Shown here in pieces: positions 25,216 to 40,370 of a stretch of 64,000 nucleotides of DNA; the first letter of the stretch is position 1, and each line of letters begins with the position of its first letter. Location: assembly GCA_951406725.2 (NCBI GenBank), contig OX597825.1:40548001-40612000 (forward strand). Reading direction: 5' to 3'. Made by a program: the position numbers and the translations under genes. The stretch is from Octopus vulgaris (Eukaryota). Under the pieces are notes generated by a model. It had not been told where the DNA came from. It did not search any database and was given only the letters and a program-made list of their open reading frames with translations.

Positions 25216-27759
25216 ATATATGTAAATTATATGATAGAAACAAGAAGGTGATATTTTTCGAACGCACTACTGCCGTTAAAGCAGCAGGAATAATGGGAAA
25301 TATTACCCTTACAAGGCGGAAAATGTTGTCAACAATCAGTCATGTTTTAAAGGCAATACTGTATTCGAAAACTTATCGCCTTCTTGTTTGTATCGTATAA
25401 TACACATTTGACGTTTGTAATAAAAACAAGTGTAAGTTTGTTTATATATACTCATCTGGAAATTAATTTGAATTCATCTGGTTAGTTCTAGAAGTGTCTT
25501 GTTAAATGAGTACCAGGCATATACAACTTCTATTATATTCATGGATAAGGGTATAAAACCGGCAGTCTTTTGAAATTCCTGTACTTCCACTTAATAATGT
25601 AAAATGAAAGGTATATTAATCTGTCATTTGAAACAGTACTCTTGCAATTGTTATTAACATTTTCAGATAAAAACATTACAGAACAACAGCTATTAATGAT
25701 TTACTTCTAATTAATACGAAAGTCAAAAACAAAACGCAAAAATCTAAGCGTGTTTCAGGAGTGTAACGATACGATAAATGTGTGGCTGTTAATATTATTG
25801 TGGATGAATCAAAATTCACGTGACATCGACATATCAATTCATCATTCAGGTCTAGATTGAGCAAGAGAACGTGCATTTCTGGTTTCGTTTTTCTATAAGA
25901 TTCTATGCACTTTTGAATCAACGAAATGGTGGTTTTCAATAAGCGGTTCTTAAAAAGTATATTATCATGCTGATATAAGTGATGAAAATCTCTAAAGATC
26001 TCTACAAAGTAAATTAAAGGTATTGGTGTGTAAGTTTAAGTTCCCACAAATAAGGCATTATGTACTATTGTTCATTTAGAAATTCCCGGGTCACAACAAT
26101 AGTAAGGCTGAAAAATATTAAACATTGTAACTCAAGCATTTATTAAGGGCAATTTCAATCAAGCACAAATATATAAGAGAAAAAAACCCATCAATGTTGA
26201 AAAGTTTCCTTAAGAATATCAGTGAAAGAACGACTTAAATCCACATTACTGATTTCTCCCAAAGAAAAAATGGTTTGCCAGAAAGTACAGGCAACGAAGT
26301 TTTCACAGAAATTGATGTAAGATATTACTGGTGAATATCATGTACAAATTACGCCGAGAAACTGGTAGTGGCATATATATTAATGTTTCTGGCCTGCATT
26401 ATCTGTCCAGCCTTTCGGAAACATTAATGTGTGATTCGATAGAGACTTTTATGATATTTCTTGTTCATCTAAAGACTATTTCTTTCCTTTACTGTTATCT
26501 TATCAATGAACTTTCAACTTTGGCCATCGTAGACCTCTTTAGAGAGAACTTTGTTGCTAGATATATGAACCGTTCAAAGAAATTCATGCAAGACACTAAG
26601 AAAAGATCTCTAGAACATGTCCCTAATCATATTATTGATTGTAGTAAATCTTAATTGGTCATCCTTAAACCAGCAATGAGCATTAGTAACATCTTGACTC
26701 TCTTCCCATCACCTGTAACTGTTTTAATTTTATAAAACATTGATGCTTTTGCAAGTTGGTTAATTGAACTTGGGGCATTGGTATGAAATCTAATTAGTGT
26801 CGATAGAAGTAAGTTCATTCTGTCATGATAAATAATGGATTTAATGAGATAAATATCTATTTTCTGCCACTTAAGTGAGGTCAAATTATATCGGGTTTAT
26901 GATTACTCTTCTCATATTACTCAATTTTCCAATTGTATTTAATTAGATATTCAATACTTCTTAGTTGACAGATACAACAGGTTATCAAACAAACTAATTT
27001 GCAGTATATCATTTTCTCCGGTCTACAAATCCTATCATGTTCTTACTTCGCCTCTATCTTTCTAAAAGACATATTTAAATTCTGCCGTGGAACCCTATGA
27101 TCAAAAGTATTCGAAGCATGCTTAACGTCCTTTTCTAGGTATCTAACACTACATTATCTAGTATGTATTTTTCTTTCTTAATACAGCAACGTGATATTTG
27201 CGCAATAGTTTGCTCTCATTTTATGCAGACTGTTTCTACATAGAAGCTATTATATACATAAAATTTTATACTGTTTCATTCATTCAGTATGAGCAGAACC
27301 TTGCAAACCTTACAAACATGGTCTTCTGTTTAAGTATTATAAAATGTTTGTATAAATAATTTGGATTCAGAACTAAAAATTACATCATTATACTACAAGC
27401 TAAGTTTGATGATTTTGTTTGTGGGCTATTTCACAATATTTAGAATCTTAGATTCATTACTAAATGTTACCTGATGGTTCAATGGTTTATGTACCACAAT
27501 AAGCACAAATATATCCGTTAACATGTCACATAAGTGTCAACTTGCAAGGTGGTGGCTACAAATGAAAATATGTGCAAGTGGAGAGAGGGATAAGAGACTT
27601 ACATCAACAACAACGAAGAAATAAGGAAATGGATTTCACCCATAAGCCTGACACTTTGCTAGCCTTGAATAATTAATGATAATAGCAAAAATATGTTTCA
27701 TTTACTTAGGTAGTTGGTTAGTTGTCGACGACAGAAATATTGATATTTTCATCCATTTA

Positions 27760-28270
27760 AGAATAATTTAAGGGATTACAATCGCGGGAATTATGAGGTA
27801 AGAAATTGGGGCTGGTGAAGTTGTAGAAATTCTCTGACAACCAGTTCTGTCACTTTCCGGAGGTGACACTGACCTGATTCTTGCTACCACATATCACAAA
27901 CCCCTCTCTATCCAGGGTTTTAGGAGTTTCAGATAGCTATCTGAATTGATCTTAAAGCCCTGTTCATAGATGTGGGGCTGCATGACATTATCCTCACTAG
28001 AAACACACACAAAGACCTTGGCGGGATGGGTGTGTTTGGATTTTATGATGTCCATGTCATATCTTACAGCTTTTACAATGTTAACAGAGCATTGAGCAGA
28101 AGGCATGCTGTCGTCATTTTGATACCTGGCCAGAATCATCATGATAAGCTAACGCTTTTCTAGTATTCATGTGGCTTCCAGTCCACCATGTCTTGCCAAT
28201 ATTTTCTTAACTACATCGTTAAACTTTATATTGACTCGCCAACGCCGTTGACATGAAGCTGATCCTGAAA
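27760..28270 (-). pseudogene. Tc1/mariner (maT/DD37D-like) transposase fragment
   Basis: HPAKVFVCVSSEDNVMQPHIYEQGFKINSDSYLKLLKPWIE, followed by NFYNFTSPNFLPHNSRDCNPLNY (a WPPNSPDCNPLDY-like motif). Confidence 0.7.
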
Positions 28271-28336
28271 CAAATAAGTAATAAAATCGTGAGATTTATC
28301 CCAAATATTCTGTAGCATATCAGCTACTCAAATGGG

Positions 28337-31300
28337 GTTATATATCGGTTGGTTGGCATCCTTTCTGTCTCGGGAGACAATGGAGTTGCGCATAAAGTAG
28401 TCTAGTCCGGCTTTTATATTTCATGTCCTGATACATTTCCTGCTGTGGCTGTGTAGTCCTATCCTGGACAAACACTCCCTCTGGCAGGTACCGCAAATGT
28501 AGCGAAGACTGTTCCTGGCTGGTTGTAATGCCATAGTTTCTTGTTGACGTCTCTCATTTCTTTCCAATTCTCCTCTCTCTGTCACTCCTTTGTATTCCCT
28601 CTTTTACGGTACGTCGCCATTCTCCACGGTTGCCGGCAACTGCCTCCCAACCGCTAATATTGATGTTGCAGGCCTTCATGTCCCTTTTGCAAACATCCTT
28701 GTAACGTAAGATCGGTCTACCCACAGACCTAGTATCCCTAGCAAGCTCTCCGTAGAGTATGTCCTTGGGGATTCTGCCATCTTTCATACGGCTAACATTC
28801 CCAAGCCATCTCATACGTCTTTGTGTGAGGAGTGCAAACATGCTTGGTATTCCTGCTTGCCTGAGGACATCTTTGTTGGGGATATAATTCTGCCATTTGA
28901 TGCCGAGGATTTTTCGGAGGCAGCGCAGGTGAAAGAGGTTTAGGCGACGCTCTTGGCGTGTGTATAGCGTCCAGGTCTCACTTCAATACAGTAGAGTGCT
29001 GAGTACACATGCCTGGTAGATCTTCATTTTCGTGGTCTTGGTCAGCTTATTGTTGTCCCAAGCCCGTTTGGAGAGTTGGGCCATCGCAGCAGCTGCCTTG
29101 CCAATGCGTATATTGAGCTCAGCGTCAAGGGGTAGGTTGTAGGTGACGGTAGAGCCCAGATAGGTAAACTTCTCCACCTCTTGTAATCTGTGGTCTCCAA
29201 TATGTATGTTTGGGATGTCCGATGTAGCTTGGCCCATGATGTTGGTCTTCTTAAGGCTGATAGCTAAGCCAAAGTCGTTACATGCTTGCTCAAAACAGTT
29301 AATGAGCCTTTGGAAGGCATCTTCTGTGTGTGTTACCAGAGCGGCATCATCAGCAAATAACATCTCCTTGATCAGGACGTTTCTGATTTTGGTCTTGGCA
29401 CGTAGGCGCGAGAGATTGAACAGTTTCCCGTCACTTCTACTGTGCATAAACACTCCATCATCTGATGTCTGAAAGGCATGTGAAAGTAAGAGCGAGAAGA
29501 TGCCAAACAATGTAGGAGCGAGGACACAACCTTGCTTTACCCCGTTTTTTATTTGGAAGGTGGCTGATGTTGAACCGTTGTGCTGTATGGTGCCTTGCAT
29601 GTCATCATGGAAAGACTTGATGATCCTCAGCAGCTTTGGTGGACACCCGATTTTTTGGAGCAGGATGAAGAGGCCTGTTCTGCTTACCGAGTCAAAAGCC
29701 TTTGTTAGATCAATGAAGGCCATATATAATGGCATTTTCTGCTCTCTGGACTTCTCCTGAAGTTGGCGTATGGAGAATATCATATCGATAGTTGATCTGC
29801 TTCTTCTAAAGCCACACTGCGATTCCGGATAGATTCGAGAAGCAAGTAGTTGTAGCCTGGCCAGGATAACGCGGGCAAAGGTCTTTCCAACAGTGTTTAG
29901 AAGGGATATACCACGGTAATTGTTACAATCACCACGGTCACCATTGTTTTTGTAAAGCGTAATGATGTTAGCATCCCGCATATCCTGAGGGACTGTACCC
30001 TCTTCCCAACACTGACACAGAAACTCATGAAGGTGCCGAAGCAGGATGGTGTTTTTGCCGGCTTTGATGATCTCTGAGGGGATGCCGTCTTTTCCCGGGG
30101 CCTTATTTCTTGCTAGGGAGTCAACAGCCTTGGTGAGCTCTGCTATAGATGGCGGACTGTCAAGTTCGCACATGACTGGCAAGATCTTGACACTCTCGAC
30201 TGCAGCCTCAGCCACTGTAGTCTCCCGTGAGTAGAGATCCTGGTAGTGCTCCACCCATCTATCCATTTGCTTGCCTTGATCTCCAGTAGTTGATTTCAGA
30301 GGGGCTGACTTGGTTGCGGATGGGCCTTCTTCAAACCGGCATACATCCCACGGGTGTCGCCCCTGTCAGCAGCTGACTGGATACTCTGACAGATTTCCTG
30401 CCAATACCTATTTGCACAGCGTCTGGCTGTCAGTTGGGTTTTATTTCGTGTCTTTCTGAGTTCTTCGAGTGACTTTGTAGGAGAGTCACTCTTGTATTGC
30501 ATCAGAGCTGCACGCTTTGCTTCGATAACTGGCTCCAGCTCTGAGAGCCCAGCATTGAACCAATCTGAGTTTTGCCTTTCTCTCATGCCGAAAGTATCTA
30601 TTGATGTCGTATACAAGGCTTCCCTGATATAGTCCCACCTATTTTCAGCAGAGGAGGTTGGGCAGCTACTGAGGGTAACCCTGATAGAAGCAGCAAAATA
30701 TTTTCGCAGTGTAGGGTCCGAGGTTCTGGCGGTGTTGATGCGTGGTCGGCCCACTTTCTTGGAGCGATGGACTCTTTTAGGCAGAATCCTCACCCTACTT
30801 CTAATTAGTGAGTGGTCTGTGTCACAATCCGCGCTGTGGTAACTGCGGGTCAATAGAGTAGAATTCAGAAAGGATATCCGTGTAATGATGAGATCCAGCT
30901 GATGCCAGTGGTGAGATCTTGGATGTCTCCAGGATGCCTTGTGGGATGGCTTGTTGGTAAAGAATGTGTTTGTGATGCACAGGGTGTGGTATGTGCAGAA
31001 TTCGAGTAGTCTCTGACCATTGTCATTCATGTTGCCAATACCAAAGTGTCCAACACAAATGGGCCACGAATCATGGTCAGATCCCACGCGAGCGTTAAAA
31101 TTCCCTAGAAGGTAGATATTTTCAGTCGTTGGTATATTTTCTATGACACAGTTGAGATCTTTGTAGAACTGGTCCTTGGTCTCCTCTGAGCTGCAGAGAG
31201 TGGGAGCATAGATGCTGAGTAGATGTACTGAGCCAGAAGAAGTCAAGAGGCGCAGTGAGGGGATACGCTCAGTGCCTCCTGATGGTGGTTTTATTGAGGA

Positions 31301-31830
31301 GAGTAGTGAGTTTCTCACTGCAAAGCCAACGCCATGTTGACGAGGTTCTTCTGGATCGCTTCCCTGCCAAAAGAAGGTGAAATCCTGCTCTTTGAGTTTG
31401 CCGTTTGAGGGAAGTTTTGTCTCCTGCAGCCTAGCAATATCTATGTTGAGCCTCTTTAGTTCACGGTCAATGATGGCCGTTTTCCTTGTGTCTTCAATCC
31501 TGAGAAGATCACCAGATATTCCAGGACACATGGTCCTGACATTCCAGCTTGCCAACCGCAGTCCTGGGTAGCCCAATCGTCAGGTTTCCTCTCTCGACCT
31601 TGCTGATGTAGTCCAGTGGAGTGCAGTGCATTACGTTTGGCACCAGCTTGGTTGCAGGAGCTGCCGGAAGCGTGTCGAGACGAACACTAGACCGCCTTCG
31701 GGGCTCCACTCCGGATATCTTTGAAAGTCGTCTCCTTTCCGTAACCCTGGATAGGGGCCCATACCGGGTACTGTCAGCCGGAGCCAGCTGAACCTGGAAC
31801 TCGTGTCAGGTAAGGTCGTCACTTCCTGAA
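28337..31830 (-). mobile_element. RTE-clade (BovB-like) LINE, near full length
   Basis: APE endonuclease ORF 31576-30296 (LASWNVRT, LQETKL, GVGFAV, IYAPTL, GNFNARVG, QLDLII, TDHSL) and RT ORF 30266-28983 (KAPGKDG, YRGISLL, FIDLTKAFDSV, GVKQGCVLAP, LFADDA). C-terminal RWLGNV and a (CCAA)n tail. Confidence 0.95.
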
Positions 31831-32872
31831 GTAGTGAAGAAGTTCGCTACCCACTACCTTTTCAAGTAATGTTAACTTATTATTAGATTTTTCATTCTTT
31901 TGCCTACGTTTATTTTATATGTTTATTTTCAACCACTAATATTCATCATCATCATCAGCAGCAGCAGCAGTTGTGGTAGCAGCAGCAATATCACTATCAG
32001 CAGTAGCAGAGGCAGTGGTAATAGCAGTTGTTATGGCAGCAGCAACAGCAGCAGCAGCAGCAGCAGCATTTTGCTTCGCTTCGTTTATGATGTCCATGTC
32101 ATATACTCTTATCATAATTTTAGTTAATGGCTATCAATTTTATACCCAGAAATCTCTAAATCCGTGCTAACATTTTCGATATCCGTTGTAATATAGAACT
32201 CTCCTACCTACAAGTAATTTAAGTAGATAGATGTTTTAGATACTGTAATATAGGTTTTAAATTGTACTTCACGTCCTTCCCTCTGACATTATCTGTTAAC
32301 TGCAAAGCGTCAATGTCTAGTCATGAATCACGTGTACAAAAGATGACCGAAATACTTTATGAGGCCCGGAAAGGAACTTCTTGGAAATTTCTTTCTTACC
32401 AAGAGACCAAGATAAACACTACAACATTAGCACATCCCTACTAATGTTGGTCAGCTGAAGGTCTTACATGACGATGGTGTCATTCAGATTTAGAGTTGAA
32501 ATATTATATATGAAATATTCTTTTTCACTAGCAACCTATATATCGGCTCTTAAATTCAAAGATTTCATCTGGTAATGCAAATACTTAATATATTCAGAAG
32601 TACATGGCTACGTCTATCCGTATATAAGCCCACATAAGAAAATGTATATTTACAGTATCTTATTGAATACAAACAGTAAATCCAGCCTAGGGATAGTTCA
32701 CAGTGTAGCACACGTATAAAACAACGCAAATGGGGTTTAAAATTCACAGCAGCTGTTGCAACGGCATTTGATCAATTCATAGATTATATCATTATAAAAC
32801 TTGCCATGCATGTTTTCGTGATTTTAAACAAACACCCAGAGTAGTATGAGAGGAAATTTAAGGTAACTCACC

Positions 32873-33026
32873 ATCTTCTTCTTCTTCTTCTTCTTCTTCT
32901 TCTTCTTCTTCTTCTTCTTCTTCTTCTTCTTCTTCTTCTTCTTCTTCTTCTTCTTCTTCTTCTTCTTCTTCTTCTTCTTCTTCTTCTTCTTCTTCTTCTT
33001 CTTCTTCTTCTTCTTCTTCTTCTTCT

Positions 33027-33049
<23 letters not shown>
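32873..33049. repeat. (CTT)n microsatellite
   Basis: Read directly. Explains the poly-R ORF. Confidence 0.95.
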
Positions 33050-33059
<10 letters not shown>

Positions 33060-34458
33060 GGAACGTTCTGTTGAATGTTGATATTTTCGCATCTTTTTTC
33101 TGGATGTTTGCAATATCAGGACTTTAACACACATGGATTTACGCTAGATTGTAAGGACTTATGGACTTATTTCTACAAAATCGGGAAGTTGAATTGCGAA
33201 CTTTATGCTTCTTAATTCTTCTCTCTTTTCATTTCCTTATTCCTTTACTCTTGTCCTCTATGTCGTCATTTCATTAATCTATATCTTTCTCAAGTTCCGT
33301 GTTTGTTTCCGATGACAGAGTATCCCATACTCTGGGTTATCCCAGAAACAGCTGTAAGACTTTGAATTTTTTTCCAATAATAATAATGTATATGACCTGA
33401 ATTGTTTGCCTTATCTAAATTCAGGGTAGAAACCTTGATTTTGGTCTGAGAGCCTGTACCTTCTTTTAGGATGAACCACAGAAATGAACATGAAAATATA
33501 CATAGATAAATTTCTATGCACGTGCATAGCTACAATTAATACGTGCACTTATCTGTATCATTAGGTTTTCATTTAGAATTTATAAGGTATTTTGTTACGC
33601 ATATTTCGATACTATTTCCTTAAAAAAGAGACAGGTAATTGGTAATTAGAAAAGTACATGGCAACCAACTACTGAAATTGAAAATATCAGCAAAATATTT
33701 CACAATCAAGTCTTCACTACGTACATATAATCATATACATATATACATATAATAACTAAGTATTACTGCATTAAGTACATAAGAACAATCACATAGCTAA
33801 AACACTATAGATACACATTATTACATACATGCACATGCATACATGAACGCACGGGTACATACGTATATATTTACATACTTACTTACGAACATCCCTCTTG
33901 TTCATATGTAAATTCAAAGGAAAAGAAAGACCCTGATTTTGCATAAAATGAGAGGGGAATATGTTGAATAAAATTATAAATGATTCTCCGGTATTTTTTT
34001 CTTTTTAGCTAAAGCCAGAAGTTTTCAGCAGCTCCTGGTACATACTTTCGCAAGATGAAATAAACTTTCATCGGTATACGGGTATATTGATAATCAACTG
34101 AATTACCTTCTAATTTAGCAATTATAGGGTAAAGTATTCCACAAACACGTGTATACTTAGCTCGGTTTTCAGACGGAATCAACACGAGACAGCATGTGAT
34201 AAAACTGAACCTTTGAATTACTTGAACAGTTAATCTGACGAGATTTATCAAAGTTTCTATCGAATCTCACTCTTAAATGCCACAACGATTCGAGGTTGTG
34301 GTAAAATACCATTTGTCAAAATGCTAGAGAAACTAATCTCGTGTTGTACAAGCAAACTTATTACTTAGACTTGCTACTCACACACACGCACAGACACGCA
34401 CACAACATTTCCATAATGCACACACACACATCCATGCATACATACATACATACATACA

Positions 34459-34492
<34 letters not shown>

Positions 34493-37099
34493 AGCATACA
34501 TGAATATAAACTGACAGATGTATACGCTCATCAACTCCATCTAGAGATTTCAATGTCGAACAGGCTTGATTAATATTTGAAGTTTGTTGAAGCTATAAGA
34601 TAAGGGCGGGAATTGATAATCATGATAAATATAGATTTCTGTTTTTATATTTGGAAAGTTCATATGAGCTATTAACTTTTGATTGTCAAATCAGCAGTAT
34701 TGATATATCAAACTATTAGTGGAGTGTAGGAATCCATTTACACTGAAGTTGATGATCTATGACAAAAGATGTGACAGATTACGTTCAGATACTTGAAGAA
34801 GATGACGGTATCGTGATGAAGAGGGGGAAATAGCGATGAACAAGAATTGATAAATAAGTGGCATGTATAATTGTAATGATTTGAATTAAATCACCGTCTG
34901 CTGATAAGCGAATCACATTACTTAGATATTACTAAATTACTTTATTCATAGTCGCTGCATCATTGTTATCGCCGAGAACTCATTTGGAGTGTAAAATACT
35001 ATGAATGTATTGATTTCTCTCAGAACTCGAAGAGGAAACTGAGAACAACTGATTTTCTCATATTTTTGCGAATAATACTGCGTTTTATATGCCATCACTG
35101 TTACTGTACCTTACAAAAATATGAATATTTATACGCCTTCCTATAATTATGATTATTTACAATAGAGAACTATTTAAAGCCATTCTGATTTCAGCACCCC
35201 TAATTGAAGGCATTGGCATTATGTTGTTGTTTACTATGGTGAAACATTACTCCTGGTTTTTACTCTCAGTAGATTAACGCAGAAGTATAAGCTGTCTAAC
35301 AAACATATATTTATCTTACAGTCATTGCTACCATCAGGTCTTCGAACGCTACATTATACATTGTAATCGATAAACCGCTGGTCTGTTGAGATACAACGAT
35401 ATTTGACATGGGCAGAGTGCATAGCTCGTGGAAATGTGCAAATCAATTGCCTTTCGGAGTCTCTATTTATTTACTGCTAACTGGAATTAGATCGACAAAT
35501 GAGGGGATGCCATTTGTCTATCTTTATATGTTCATTACTATCTTGGTGACTAAAAAATTGGTAACGTTTCTAACAAACGGAAAGATGGTATTCGCTAATA
35601 AAAGAGTAAATGATGAAAGTGTCAATAAGATATTGAACAAGACCATACTTGTGATGTCAGATTTCGTATAATCAAAACGACATTTTAGCTTCAGTCCTAT
35701 TGTATTTCTCTATGTTTGTATTTAATATTTAATGTCATTGATTAAATTGGACAAGATAAAAGTTTGTGAATTAACGGCCAACAGAAAATAGTCTGAACTC
35801 AAATGCTCACCATCTACAATGTAGCTTCTTTTATTTACATGTTTAGCTTATTCGAGATCCAACCGTGCTTGAAGGTGCAGAGAATGCTCTGAAAGTTTTC
35901 AAATTGAAATTCGACAATGACTGAGATTCGCTGAAACAATAAATATGTCTTCTTTTACAGATAGCTTTATTTTCTGAAAAAGAGATAATATCACTAATTA
36001 ACTTTTCAATACACTTCAACACGTATGAAGGAAATATATAAACTATTTCGATAGCGAAATTTTAAGTAAACTTTTAAGATTTTACTGATAGCATAGTGCC
36101 ACAAAAATCTATTCAATAAGTACATATTAAGCGAACGCATCAAAAATGCAAACCATATTACAAGCAGAAGGAGCAGCAACTTTAGTAGAGAAATATCTGA
36201 ATAGTGACATTTACGTAATATGTTCTGGTTCAGAAGTGAGAAAATTCTGAAATAATTAGGAAAAATTTATCAATTTTCTTTCTTTCTTTTACTCTTTAGG
36301 TTTTCAATTAGATTCCAAAGTAGAATAAAATGCAAGAAAATATTTTTGGTTATCTTTCATGTCTTATGATGGAACAAGACAAAAAAGCAAAGCAAATAAT
36401 TGAAATATTTTGTTTAAAGTCAGCATACATTTCAGTCAAAATGTTATCAATTCTAAATAAGTAGAATCATACTATAGTGTAAAAGGTTGCTTGCAATAGT
36501 AGTTTCAAGCTTCCACGGACAGATATATTTCAGGTGCCATCAGAATGAATTTTATCAATTTCATGTATGTTTATCCTCCTCTTAATAACATATCTCTCTT
36601 GCTCTCTCACTCTCTCTTTCTCTTTTATTTTTCTGTCGCATGTTTTATTTCATACCTCTTATATTACTTCTTATTTCTCTTCTTATTCATATTCCTATCA
36701 TTCTTTAGTTTCGTCTTGTCCCCTCATACTTCCTCTCTCCTCGTGCCATAAATGTTTTTATTTTCTTCATTTGATGATGAAGATGAGCATCGCACTTTTT
36801 AATGTCTTAAAATATGACCGGGTAGTTCGGGGCCGTGTTTAATATATTAAGTTACGTAAAGGGATAAGCGTAACCACAAGTTCCCGTGTAGGTGTCATGC
36901 TTAAAATGGAGTAGCAGTTAAGGTACCATCTTCCTCCAAAATTGGTCCCATACTCAAAATGTTAAATGTTACATCAGCACTGAATATATATTTGAACAAC
37001 AATTAGTTATGACTGAATACAATCAGAATGTAATACACGAAAAACATCAATAAGTCAAAAACGAAACCTTGTACTAATTACAGGTTCAAAAAAAGTACA

Positions 37100-37515
37100 A
37101 GTTAAGTAAGACTTGTTTCTGGGTCAAAAAATTTTCCTTATTCTGATTCTGACCTTTACTTCTCCAGATTAGGCACCGTTTTCCTGTACTATGAACCATA
37201 TGTTTTATAATTTACTGCATAATATTGCGTATTGAATACAACATTGCAAATACTGAAAGTTACAAAAAAAAAAGAAACATTTAGTTGGTATAACAAAACT
37301 TATATTGGTTATGAATTAAAAAACGTATCTGTCAGTTTAAACAACTTTTATCCTTCTAAGCCTCTTGTGTGGAGTGTGATATTTTTTTAAACCCCAGCAG
37401 TAGTTTGCCAACATGCCAGAGTTCCATTTTCCTTTGAATCGTCGCTCCATCACTGAAATATCATGATAGAGTCTATCGCCATGTTCATCACTCACATCAC
37501 GCCAGATCAGTGCAA
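37100..37515 (-). mobile_element. Chapaev-3/CMC-like transposase C-terminal fragment and element end
   Basis: Minus strand 37500-37390 reads DVSDEHGDRLYHDISVMERRFKGKWNSGMLANYCWG, matching the 'VSDEHGERFHQDI..ME.RYQG.W...MLADYCW' motif. Confidence 0.65.
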
Positions 37516-38979
37516 ATATCCTTTGAGGGTCGTATAGTATCCCTCACATTGTACCTGCTAAGCTACTACTTTAAACAAAACGTTGGAGGTCTGTCGTAAA
37601 CAGAACCCACCTACTCGAACCAGTAAAACAGTTATCTATATGGCATATGAAAACAACATAGCCACAGGTCATCACACAATATGTTTGAAAGGAAAAATGA
37701 TAAAGACAACGCTCTCCCTGTTACGTTCACATACAGTAAGGTTTCACATATTAATATAGTAAATTGATAAACACAGACCAAATGTGATTTAAATTTTAAT
37801 TAGTAGAACTAAATCCCATCTATGGGTTTCAAAAAACCTAAAATCAAGAAGCATATTTCTTTTGTAGATTAGAATGGATCTTGATGGACTGCTGTAAGCA
37901 ACTGAAGAGCCTAGAGTTCATCAGGTGTGCCCAGTGATGTATATTATACTCAATTGTTAGGTTTTTGAAGTGATCAGTATTTATTTAATTTACAGTATTC
38001 AGTAGTTCTGATTATGAATAGCAACAATATATTTGTGGTTAAATACTGCTGGGAAGCCTCTTGCATAAGCAATACACATATTTTCGAATCAAACTCAGGT
38101 TTTAGTTGACCATAAAGTCAAGATAAACTATCTGCATGTAATGTATATTCCGAAACTTTTGCTTCATTTAATCATTATTTATTTTTTTATATTCTCTCTT
38201 GTTTTTAATTTTGTAATTATACGCAGCTCCAGGGACGTTTATTTCACTTTATTACAAAGAAAATTTCAATTAAATTTAATTATACAGTATACCACAAACT
38301 AAATAGTTTGAAAAATGCCTTCATGTTCTAACGCTTCACAGACATTTCCAATGATAGCAGCCAATAGAGAGTAACTAGTACAGTCACACATTGGTAAAAA
38401 GAGTTGCATACTATTACCTAGCATTAACAGGACAAATACAACTTCTTTTGTAGGTAACAAATGTATATCAGAGAAGGTAAACATGTAGCGCTCAAACCTT
38501 CTTAAAACTTTCCAATAATCCCTGAAAAGTTAAACAGATCCCCACAACCATTATTGAATATCAAGCCATTGACTTCACAGTTCTAAGTCCCACTTTGAGT
38601 AGAATGCCGTATCTTAATTATATCTCTTACATAAAGCATGCTTTTCAATCTTTTCTCACAAAATGATCTTAGAAATACAAATTCTATCCCTCTTTTATCA
38701 CATCACATTTACAAGTATGTTATATTATTTCAAGCGTATATCTTATTTGACTCTCAGCACCATGTCTATGGTATTTCCAGTTGATACAAAAGTATAACGC
38801 ACACCAAGATAATGTTCTTAGTCTACACGTTGAGCAAAGCATACCTGGTATTTAAAAGTTACACACGCATGGCACACGGTTCAATATTCTAAATTGTGAC
38901 CTGGTGATCAAATATATATTCTGCAGTCATTTCAGTACAAATAAGCGCAAATGTACTATTTTCGATCTCGGCTTGCGAT

Positions 38980-40370
38980 TAGGTAAAAACCAACTTTCTT
39001 GAAAGATAAGGGAACCGTCCTCTGTTCTTAAAGTACCAAAACGGTATCATATGTTGACCAGATACGAAGGCTACATGCTGGCATATTCAAAAAAGAAGAA
39101 AATGAATGTCACCTACACATTTATGGTTGATGATGTAAAGATATATTCTGGTAAAATGATCATCATCAAGAGAAAATTAGAACTACACGAGATATAGGAA
39201 TGGAGATTGGGCAAGAGAAATGCTTATACGTGATAGACAGTCGAGGAAAGATACGCAGCCTGGACATAAAACCAGAAAGGTACTGACAACAACTAGCAAC
39301 TTCCACATTAACAGCGACATCGATAGGAATTATGAGACAACGTAATGGCAATATAAGCATAAGGTCAGTCAAAACAATATTTGAATGTTGCATTGTACCA
39401 CTCAGATAACATCTCCTAAGCAGTAAAGAAAGACATGAGTACATACTATGCATAATTAAAAGTGAGAGCGACATCTTCATTGTTGGAGAAGAACAACAAT
39501 ATGGGTACTCTGAGAAATACAACTCTGAAAATACTCTGAGATCGCTACCCAAAGAATGCTGGACTTGCCTACCTAAACAGTAGCTTGGAAGTGAAGCAGG
39601 CCTCATGCCAAAAAAAGGCAATGTTTGGGCACATACCGCGTTAGCTAGAGGATAACAACAGAAATTGCCTCTTCTGGACCTACAATAATTACATTCAATC
39701 TAGAAGGACATGCCTCTGCTACCCCGGAACAGGAGATATCTACTAAATAACTGATAAACGAGAGATCCCAAGATACCACCAAACCTCCACGTTCTGAAAA
39801 GAAATTTCAGCTTTTCTATTGCAGTGTAGAAAATATCACCCACATCGTCATCAGCCGCCCTAAAATGCCTGAGGGATGATACAGTTGTAAAGACTATTTA
39901 CCATGCTATCTGCAGTAAGTGCTACCTTCACTTATACATCAAAAGCATGTCAGAACCAGCAGGTAATCACACATTGAAATACAAGGTGTACTGATGGAAC
40001 AACCCAATAAATACATGAGCTTAGTGCAAACATAAAATACCTGGTATTGTTTCATGGAACAGGGAACAAATACCACGCACTATTGCAGATGTCGGCTGCT
40101 CAACAGATATGAATGTAGAATCAAAATCAAGGGAAAAGAGAACATTTATGGCAGATTAATGCAGACCTTTCTGGTCTTGTACACTGACTATGAATTCTAA
40201 TTTGTACGTATCATTATAGGTGCATTAGGTTATGTACCAAGACATTTGCACACAAACCTAGAAGTACTTGATTCATGGAGTTCGAGCAAAAGAAGATATT
40301 CCAAATCCAATTTATTGATGGCACAGCGAAGATTCGTAAGACATTCCCCAAATTCTACATCCGAGATTCT
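38980..40370 (+). mobile_element. Highly decayed R4/Dong-like LINE
   Basis: Remnants TYTFMVDDVKIY, EIGMEIGQEKC and FVRIIIGALGYVP, in the same order as the 19-23 kb element. Confidence 0.7.
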
